Shown here: positions 57,518-64,000 of the stretch, piece by piece
Layout of the letters: the number at the start of each line of letters is the position of its first letter
How positions within the stretch are numbered: position 1 is the first letter of the stretch
DNA from: an uncultured cyanobacterium
GTDB taxonomy: Bacteria > Cyanobacteriota > Cyanobacteriia > Cyanobacteriales > Microcystaceae
Assembly (NCBI GenBank): GCA_963807635.1
Contig: CAWEDJ010000016.1
Location: 21,199-85,198, forward strand
Length of the DNA: 64,000 nt
Direction: 5' to 3'
Program-made: the position numbers and the translations under genes
Notes under the pieces: generated by a model
The model's input: only the letters and a program-made list of their open reading frames with translations
The model's database searches: none
Told to the model about the DNA's origin: nothing

Positions 57518-58781
57518 GTGAAAGCCCTCAAAGCCATTAAAGACCTAGACCCAAAGACCAAAAGAAATTTCCTAGCCCTATTTTCAACCGCTTTATTTTT
57601 TTGGATCGGTCTAACCACCCTACTGCCCACCTTACCGACCTATGCAGAAGATCTGGGAGGAACTCGCCAACAGGTGGGTTTTGTGATGGGGCCTTTGCCA
57701 TTGGACTGTTGGGGTCTAGGGTCTGGTTGGGACAAGTGGCTGATGAAAAAGGTCGCAAAATTGTCATCCTCATCGGTGCTTTTGTTGGTGCGATCGCGCC
57801 CTTGGGTTACCTAGCTGTCCACAATATTCCTGCTTTGATGGCGATTAGGGCATTTCATGGCATTAGTGTTGCGGCTTTCACGACGGGTTATAGTGCCTTA
57901 GTCGTTGATCTGGCTCCGATTAAACAACGGGGCGAACTGATTGGTTATATGAGTCTGGCTGTCCCTGTGGGGATGGCTCTCGGCCCTGCTCTCGGCGGTT
58001 ATTTAGCAGAATCGGCGGGCTATGTTCCTCTTTTTTTGACGGCGGGCGGGTTAGGATTAATGGCTTGCCTCATTGCTAATCAAGTTCAGGAGACCGTTCC
58101 TGCTCAGGGATTCTCAAGCAAAACAAAAGTTCATACCGCAGAAAATCGAAGTTCCTGGGAACTATTAAGTACGCCTTCTTTGTTGATTCCTTCCCTAGTT
58201 TTATTACTAATCGGACTGGTTTTTGGGAACTTAGCCACTTTTTTACCGCTTTTTATCCGAGAAATTCATCTCAATCTCAATGCAGGATTATTTTATAGTT
58301 TTGCCGCGATCGCGAGTTTTATTTCCCGTGTCTGGACGGGGCGAGCATCGGATCTCTATGGGCGTGGCGTTTTCATTAGTGGTAGTATTCTTTGCTATGT
58401 TTTAGCGATGATGATTCTGGCTTGGCCAATAGCCCGCAAATGTTTCTGATTGCCGCAACTTTAGAGGGCATTGGCGGCGGGGTTCTGATTCCTATGATTA
58501 TCGCCCTGATTTCTGATCGGTCTTCCAGCCATGAACGGGGGCGAGTGTTCGCGCTCTGTGTCAGTGGTTTTGATGTGGGAATCGCGATCGCGGGGCCAAT
58601 CTTTGGACTCTTGGGAGAAAGCCTGGGCTACCGAGGACTATTTGTTCTAGCCAGTGGACTTGCCCTACTCGCCTTTCTGCTATTTGGCAGTCAATCTAAT
58701 CCCAGTCTGACAACCTCCCTACGATTTGCCACAGGTAGGGGAAAAGACCGCTATGCAAAAGAGCAGACATCCCCTTTATAA
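57518..58781 (+). CDS. MFS transporter; frameshifts at about 57690 and 58425
   Basis: G.VADEKGRK and GRASDLYGR motif A; RAFHG; 12 TM helices spread over three frames. Confidence 0.88.
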
Positions 58782-58817
58782 AAAGGAAAATATCTGCTCA
58801 ATGGTCTTCTGCTCTAA

Positions 58818-58891
58818 CGGGCTTGGAGGGATTCGAACCCCCGACCTTCTGGTTCGTAGCCAGACGCTCTAATCCACTGAACTACAAGCCC
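58818..58891 (-). tRNA. tRNA-Arg (anticodon ACG)
   Basis: GGGCTTGTAGTTCAGTGGATTAGAGCGTCTGGCT-ACG-AACCAGAAGGTCGGGGGTTCGAATCCCTCCAAGCCCG cloverleaf. Confidence 0.97.
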
Positions 58892-59109
58892 CTATCGGTT
58901 TTCTTGACCGTAATCCAACTTACCATACTCCTGAAGTTTAAAGCAAGCAATTTTTTCAAACTTCCCAAGATTCCCACGATCACAACTTAAATTTATCGGT
59001 CAAATTATCGGTCAAAGGGCGATCGCGCTTTTCAATCAATTCAGCTAAAATCCTTATCAGGGAAGGAAAGCCGTATAATTAGGTTCGATTGATTGGGGAC
59101 TAGGACTAA

Positions 59110-59200
59110 TAGACATCTCCAAAAATTGAGTAAGGACAATTCATGAATTGCCCCTACCAGAGGTTTCAATCGATGCACTCCTGATTTCTGGAAATATCTA
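59110..59200. mobile_element. 91 bp MITE with an internal REP palindrome
   Basis: Ends TAGACATCTCCAAAAATT and reverse complement TAGATATTTCCAGAAATC; core GTAAGGACAATTCATGAATTGCCCCTAC. Confidence 0.75.
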
Positions 59201-60499
59201 ATGCGGACAGTCAAAAAAATCAAACAACTCGCCCTCTGGGGACTTTTCGGTTTATTGCTCAGTTGGCTTGTTAGTTGTCAGTCAACGCCCTCTAACCCAA
59301 CGGCATCAGGGGATAAGGGGGGAATTCAGTTCTGGACGATGCAACTCCAGCCCCAATTTACGCCCTATTTTACGGAACTGATTGGCAATTTTAAAACGGC
59401 AAATCCCGATATAACGGTGAAATGGGAAGATGTGCCTTGGGATGCCATGCAGAGTAAGATTTTAACCTCTATTTCTGCGAAAACGGCTCCCGATGTCGTT
59501 AATCTGAATCCCAATTTTGCTTCTCAGTTAGCAGGAAAAAATGCTTGGTTAGACCTGAGTAGTAAAGTTTCTCCAGACATTCAAAAACAATATTTACCCA
59601 AAATTTGGCAGGCCAATACCCTCAATAATCTGAGTTTTGGCATTCCCTGGTATCTGACCACCAGGGTCACGATTTATAATCAGGATTTATTAAAAAAAGC
59701 AGGCATCACCGCGCCGCCTGCGACCTACGAAGAATTAGCGAAAGTTGCGAAAACCGTTAAGGAGAAAACAGGTAAATACGCCTTTTTTATTACCTTTTCC
59801 CCAGGAGATTCGGGGGAAATATTGGAATCCTTGGTGCAAATGGGAGTCAAATTAGTAGATGAGCAGGGGAAAGCCGCTTTTGACACGCCCGAAGGTTTGG
59901 CCGCTTTTAAATACTGGGTTGATCTCTATCAACAGGGATTATTACCCCCCGAAGTCCTGACCCAGGGTCATCGTCATGGAGTGGAACTCTATCAGTCTGG
60001 TTCGACGGCGTTACTCTCATCTGGTGCGGAATTCTTGAAAACCATTGAGAAAAATGCGCCAACGATCGCCAAAGCCTCTGCCGCCGCCCCCCAAATTACG
60101 GGTAAAACAGGGAAGAAAAATGTAGCTGTCATGAATCTGGTAATTCCCCGCGACAGTAAACAAGCCGATGAAGCCCTAAAATTTGCTCTATTTGTGACTA
60201 ATGCCGATAATCAATTAGCTTTTACCCAGCAGGGCGGCACGTTGCCCTCCAATATCGAGGCAATTGAACGCTATATCGCAAAGTTAGAGAAAGAAAGTAG
60301 CGGTTCCTCGGTAGAACAAGCCCGAAAAGTCAGCGCAAGTCAACTCAAGGACGCTGAAGTTTTAATTCCACCGATGAAAAATTTTAATCAATTACAAAAG
60401 TTGATCTATGAAAATCTTCAGGCCGCCATGCTTAAACAAAAAACCGTAGAGCAGGCCGTTAAAGAATCTGCTGAAGCTTGGAATGCTTTGCAGTCTTAG
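59201..60499 (+). CDS. Sugar ABC transporter substrate-binding lipoprotein
   Basis: Lipobox LVSC, FWTMQL, APDVVNLN and IPWYLTT. Confidence 0.9.
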   Translation: MRTVKKIKQLALWGLFGLLLSWLVSCQSTPSNPTASGDKGGIQFWTMQLQPQFTPYFTELIGNFKTANPDITVKWEDVPWDAMQSKILTSISAKTAPDVVNLNPNFASQLAGKNAWLDLSSKVSPDIQKQYLPKIWQANTLNNLSFGIPWYLTTRVTIYNQDLLKKAGITAPPATYEELAKVAKTVKEKTGKYAFFITFSPGDSGEILESLVQMGVKLVDEQGKAAFDTPEGLAAFKYWVDLYQQGLLPPEVLTQGHRHGVELYQSGSTALLSSGAEFLKTIEKNAPTIAKASAAAPQITGKTGKKNVAVMNLVIPRDSKQADEALKFALFVTNADNQLAFTQQGGTLPSNIEAIERYIAKLEKESSGSSVEQARKVSASQLKDAEVLIPPMKNFNQLQKLIYENLQAAMLKQKTVEQAVKESAEAWNALQS

Positions 60500-60507
60500 A
60501 GGCTGAT

Positions 60508-63303
60508 TTAGGAAATTTTAATCACTTTCATCACTTCGTCCCCTAAATGGTTAATCACTTTGACGGCAATGCGGCCTGTTTCGGGTTTGGGGAAGGGACG
60601 AGAAAGATCGCTATGCAAAGTTTCCCAGGCTTCTTGGTTAATTTCGGTTTTCAGGGTGGTTTTCAGGGATTTATAGGGATCATTGGCTCCGAGGAAATAG
60701 GCATGGCGGACAAAGAAGCTTTCTTCGTTGTAATTGCTATCAATGAACCAACAGGCAATACCATCAGCCCCACTGGATTGGACTTCTCCTGATTTGGGAT
60801 GGAAGACATCTACGCCATGAATTTTAATTTGTAGCCGATCGCCGTCGAGTTTAATCATTTCTATATCAGGTTCCCCAAAGACAACAAAGAGATTGCCTTT
60901 ACCTGTATTTTTGAGGTCATCGGCCATGTGTAGATCGGCATTCATGCGAGCTTTGAGGATGGGAATACGGCCAAATCGGTCAAATTCGGCGGAGTAGGCA
61001 TCGTAGTTAAAGGCACAGGCGATCGCCACATCACATTGCTTTTCAGCCGCTTCATTGGCAACGGCCACCAGATCGGCACGGGATACGGTTCCAAATTCGG
61101 GGCCGATAAAGATTCCCGCTTTTTTCTCTTGATTGCTATCTTCTTCGAGGTAGCGACCTTCGGCACAAATATATTTACCTGCCCAAGGTTCGAGGCTAAG
61201 AAAGTTAATTTTGTTTTCTTTGTGGGCCTGTTGAACGCCTGCTGTTTTCAGGTTTTCGAGGATGATTTGATCGAATTGGGCATTGTCGGGATAGGGTTTG
61301 ACTTTTTTCAGTTGATTTGGGTCAATCAGGTTATCGTTTTCATCTACGATGAGGGTGCGATGGGGTGACAGGCTTTCGACGGTGAAGGGGCCAGCGACTC
61401 GCACAATATTTTTATCTTCGTAGGGTTTATCGTACAAATATTCTTGATCGGCTTTAGCAGAAATAGAGGCATCAATTTCTTTTTGTCGGGCGATGCGTTG
61501 TTGCCACCATTGTTGATGGAGTTTTTGGATTTTCTCTGTCCAATTGGTTTCGGGTTCGCGGGGGATTTCCCATTCTTCCCACTTTTTACCCGTTGCGGTA
61601 TTGAGGGCGACACGGAGCGGTTCTAGTTTGGTTTGATATTTCTCCCAAATGGTGTCAATGTCGGTATTATTAGCGATCGCTTTGAGGGTGATGTGGGGAA
61701 CTCGCTCATAGACGAATCCTTGACGTATATCGCCATAGGTAGGGCTTTGGCTAGGCAGGTTTTGACTGATTTGGGCTTCTTTTTGTTGACCTGCGGCAGA
61801 ATCGAGCAATAAATAGTAGGGATATTTGGCTCCCATGATTCTGGCACGGGCAAGAGCGAGGGCAACACGGGAGGTATCAATCGTGATCCAGCGTCTTCCC
61901 CATTGTTCGGCAACGTAGGCAGTTGTACCCGATCCGCAAGTTGGATCTAGGACTAAATCACCTGGATCGGTTGTCATTAAAATACAGCGTTGTACTAGCT
62001 TGAATGAAGATTGAACAACATATAGCTTTTCTTCCGAGCGACTACTTAAAGCAACATCATCCCAAATATTTCGGATTGGAATAACAGGATAATCATCATG
62101 GTAACGAATTATTGCTAAAGCCTTATCTCGTCCCACTATACGATCTGTCAAAGTTAATCTTTTCAAACCTTCAAAAGAAGTAGACCATCCTCTTGAACCA
62201 GCAGGCTTAAATCTCTTCCTTTGGAATTCAAATTCAAATCTCGAATTATCGCTTCCTGATTGTGATGTAACTTGATCAAATCGAAATAGACGACCTTTTC
62301 CTGACTTATATATTTCAACAGCTTCATTAATAGGAAAACTTTGTTTTCTCCCATCAGGAAAAAAAATCATTCTATAATCAATATCTGAACCAAGTTCTTT
62401 TATTTTAAAAAGTTGTCTATATTTTATGGAATCTCTATCTTTACAAAACCAAATTATATAGTCTGAAACAGTTGTCAATAATTCTGTTGTTTGTGAACTA
62501 GTTTTTTGAGCAGTAACCATGCAAACAAAATTTTCCTCTCCAAAAACCTCATCCATCAAAGCCCTAACTCGATGAACATTTTCATCCCCAATTTGCACAA
62601 AAATCGAACCGCTTTCTGTTAACAATTCCTTTGCTACCGTCAAGCGATCTCTGAGATAGGTCAAATAAGAATGAATCCCATCCCGCCAAGTATCCCGAAA
62701 CGCCTTAACCTGCTCAGGTTCACGGGTAATATGCTCAACATTACCATCCTTCACATCACGGCTCGTCGTTGACCATTGAAAATTAGAATTAAACTTAATC
62801 CCGTAGGGCGGATCAAGATAGATACATTGCACCTTTCCCCGTAACCCTTCCCGTTCGGACAAAGAAGCCATCACCTGCAAACTATCGCCCAAAATCATGC
62901 GATTAGTCCAATTCCCTTGATGCTGATAAAAATCCGTCGCCCGTGCATCCTTTGGAAAACCATTAAAATCCGCAAATAAGCCTAATTGTTGCGTTTCAAT
63001 CTTCTCCGCTTTCCGTTCCGAACTTTCCCGAATTAAATTTTCTAACAATACCTTCGGATGAATTTTTTCTTGAATATAAAGGGGAGGAGCCGACACCACC
63101 AAATCGGTATAATTATACGCATCTTTCCCCCGCCAAACTAACTGCGGATCTTTATTTTGACTACGGCGATCGTAAGCCACTTGAATGGGGGTTTTATCTT
63201 CCATTTTCATCACCGACTGATGCTCTGCTGTGGGAATATTTGTCCGTTTTGCCTCGTCATGGGTAAAGGTTTCAATAGACTTTTTTGATTCAGATTTAGC
63301 CAT
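60508..63303 (-). CDS. Type III-like restriction-modification Mod DNA methyltransferase (amino-MTase, beta class)
   Basis: NRMILGDSL, IYLDPPYG, VLDPTCGSGTT and RIAVKVIN; variable target-recognition region between the motifs. Confidence 0.9.
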   Translation of the reverse strand: MAKSESKKSIETFTHDEAKRTNIPTAEHQSVMKMEDKTPIQVAYDRRSQNKDPQLVWRGKDAYNYTDLVVSAPPLYIQEKIHPKVLLENLIRESSERKAEKIETQQLGLFADFNGFPKDARATDFYQHQGNWTNRMILGDSLQVMASLSEREGLRGKVQCIYLDPPYGIKFNSNFQWSTTSRDVKDGNVEHITREPEQVKAFRDTWRDGIHSYLTYLRDRLTVAKELLTESGSIFVQIGDENVHRVRALMDEVFGEENFVCMVTAQKTSSQTTELLTTVSDYIIWFCKDRDSIKYRQLFKIKELGSDIDYRMIFFPDGRKQSFPINEAVEIYKSGKGRLFRFDQVTSQSGSDNSRFEFEFQRKRFKPAGSRGWSTSFEGLKRLTLTDRIVGRDKALAIIRYHDDYPVIPIRNIWDDVALSSRSEEKLYVVQSSFKLVQRCILMTTDPGDLVLDPTCGSGTTAYVAEQWGRRWITIDTSRVALALARARIMGAKYPYYLLLDSAAGQQKEAQISQNLPSQSPTYGDIRQGFVYERVPHITLKAIANNTDIDTIWEKYQTKLEPLRVALNTATGKKWEEWEIPREPETNWTEKIQKLHQQWWQQRIARQKEIDASISAKADQEYLYDKPYEDKNIVRVAGPFTVESLSPHRTLIVDENDNLIDPNQLKKVKPYPDNAQFDQIILENLKTAGVQQAHKENKINFLSLEPWAGKYICAEGRYLEEDSNQEKKAGIFIGPEFGTVSRADLVAVANEAAEKQCDVAIACAFNYDAYSAEFDRFGRIPILKARMNADLHMADDLKNTGKGNLFVVFGEPDIEMIKLDGDRLQIKIHGVDVFHPKSGEVQSSGADGIACWFIDSNYNEESFFVRHAYFLGANDPYKSLKTTLKTEINQEAWETLHSDLSRPFPKPETGRIAVKVINHLGDEVMKVIKIS

Positions 63304-63342
63304 AATTGATAATTAATAAGTAGAAAAAACGAATAAAACATA

Positions 63343-63414
63343 ATGAGGATTTAACAGTGTTAAATCCCTACGAAGAAAAGATTTGTGTAGGGACATAATA
63401 CCATTATGTCCTTA
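63343..63414. repeat. Two adjacent REP-like palindromes
   Basis: GAGGATTTAACAGTGTTAAATCCCTAC and GTAGGGACATAATACCATTATGTCCTTA. Confidence 0.7.
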
Positions 63415-63430
63415 GCCCACAGAAGTTGAT

Positions 63431-63787
63431 TAGGTTCTAACATTAAGGCGATCGCTATTTCAGACATTCCCAATCCTCTTCATCAACAATAGGATTAACA
63501 ATATCTCCGAAAATCTCAAGCTCTCCTGCTTCTGGTATAGGAAAAGTGCGGTATTGAGTCGGTTTTTCCTGTGGCTCATTAAGGACTGTCACAATCAAAC
63601 GAGCATGATTAAATTCTGGCTTTTCTCCAAGCCATTGAACTTGACCATTTTCATAAATCGCTTCATAACTTTTTAACATTTTTTTACTCCTATAAATTTT
63701 AGATTTAGAATGGATGGAGATCAAGAAAATTTGATGTTAACTTGCTTATAGATGATCAGGAATAGGTTCTAACATTAAGGCGATCGC
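63431..63787. repeat. Perfect 25 bp direct repeats ending in HIP1
   Basis: TAGGTTCTAACATTAAGGCGATCGC at 63431-63455 and 63763-63787. Confidence 0.92.
63455..63679 (-). CDS. Small antitoxin-like protein (AF2212/DUF104-like)
   Basis: MLKSYEAIYENGQVQWL..KP and GDIVNPI..EDWE; RBS AGGAG. Confidence 0.7.
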   Translation of the reverse strand: MLKSYEAIYENGQVQWLGEKPEFNHARLIVTVLNEPQEKPTQYRTFPIPEAGELEIFGDIVNPIVDEEDWECLK

Positions 63788-63913
63788 ATCTTTTAAATTC
63801 TCTACGGCTGTTTCCTTTGTTTCTCCAAAAGAAGATACAAAATTAAGTTCAGGGCAAGTAGCAGAAAAAGATTCTGCCTCATCATCCCATTCTAAAATAA
63901 CTCTAACATTCAT
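63746..63913 (-). CDS. HicB-like antitoxin (55 aa, possibly truncated)
   Basis: Not in the ORF track; manual translation MNVRVILEWDDEAESFSATCPEL..VSSFGETKETAVENLKDAIALMLEP; RBS AGGAG. Confidence 0.8.
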   Translation of the reverse strand: MNVRVILEWDDEAESFSATCPELNFVSSFGETKETAVENLKDAIALMLEPIPDHL

Positions 63914-64000
63914 CAAATCTTACTCCTATCAATTAAGTTTTTGGGTGCAATTCTTACGACAATTAAATCTAGTTCTAAAAATCCTCCGCTAATAATTAAT

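Noticed and set aside
58818..58891. tRNA-Arg as an island integration site
   Set aside because: No integrase and no duplicated tRNA 3' end were seen in the window

Overview
Chromosomal window from a unicellular cyanobacterium, shown by abundant HIP1 octamers (GCGATCGC), the apcABC operon, psb34 and an NtcA box. The backbone is mostly housekeeping: rimK, nadM-nudix/nadV with an NrtR box, a hpnK/hpnI hopanoid cluster, urtDE, arfB, tolC, dusB, asnS, rnhA, hemF, ilvB, apcABC, NDH-2 and tRNA-Arg(ACG). Accessory DNA comprises a low-GC lone DisA_N/diadenylate-cyclase-like gene, a wzt-linked low-GC glycosyltransferase/methyltransferase block, a type III-like Mod methyltransferase, many small toxin-antitoxin, Uma2, DUF29 and DUF4351 genes, and several MITE/REP hairpins. 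The most striking unexplained structure is that many accessory single-gene inserts are bounded by HIP1-containing direct repeats. HIP1 sites there often occur as doublets or arrays spaced about 30 bp apart, and some host-gene fragments are duplicated or left behind exactly from a HIP1 site. This resembles a HIP1-centred cassette insertion/exchange process. About 16 frameshifts break conserved genes; about 10 lie at real or inferred GGCC sites, which points to base-calling errors at a methylated motif rather than pseudogenes. All family assignments are by motif recognition only; no database searches were run.
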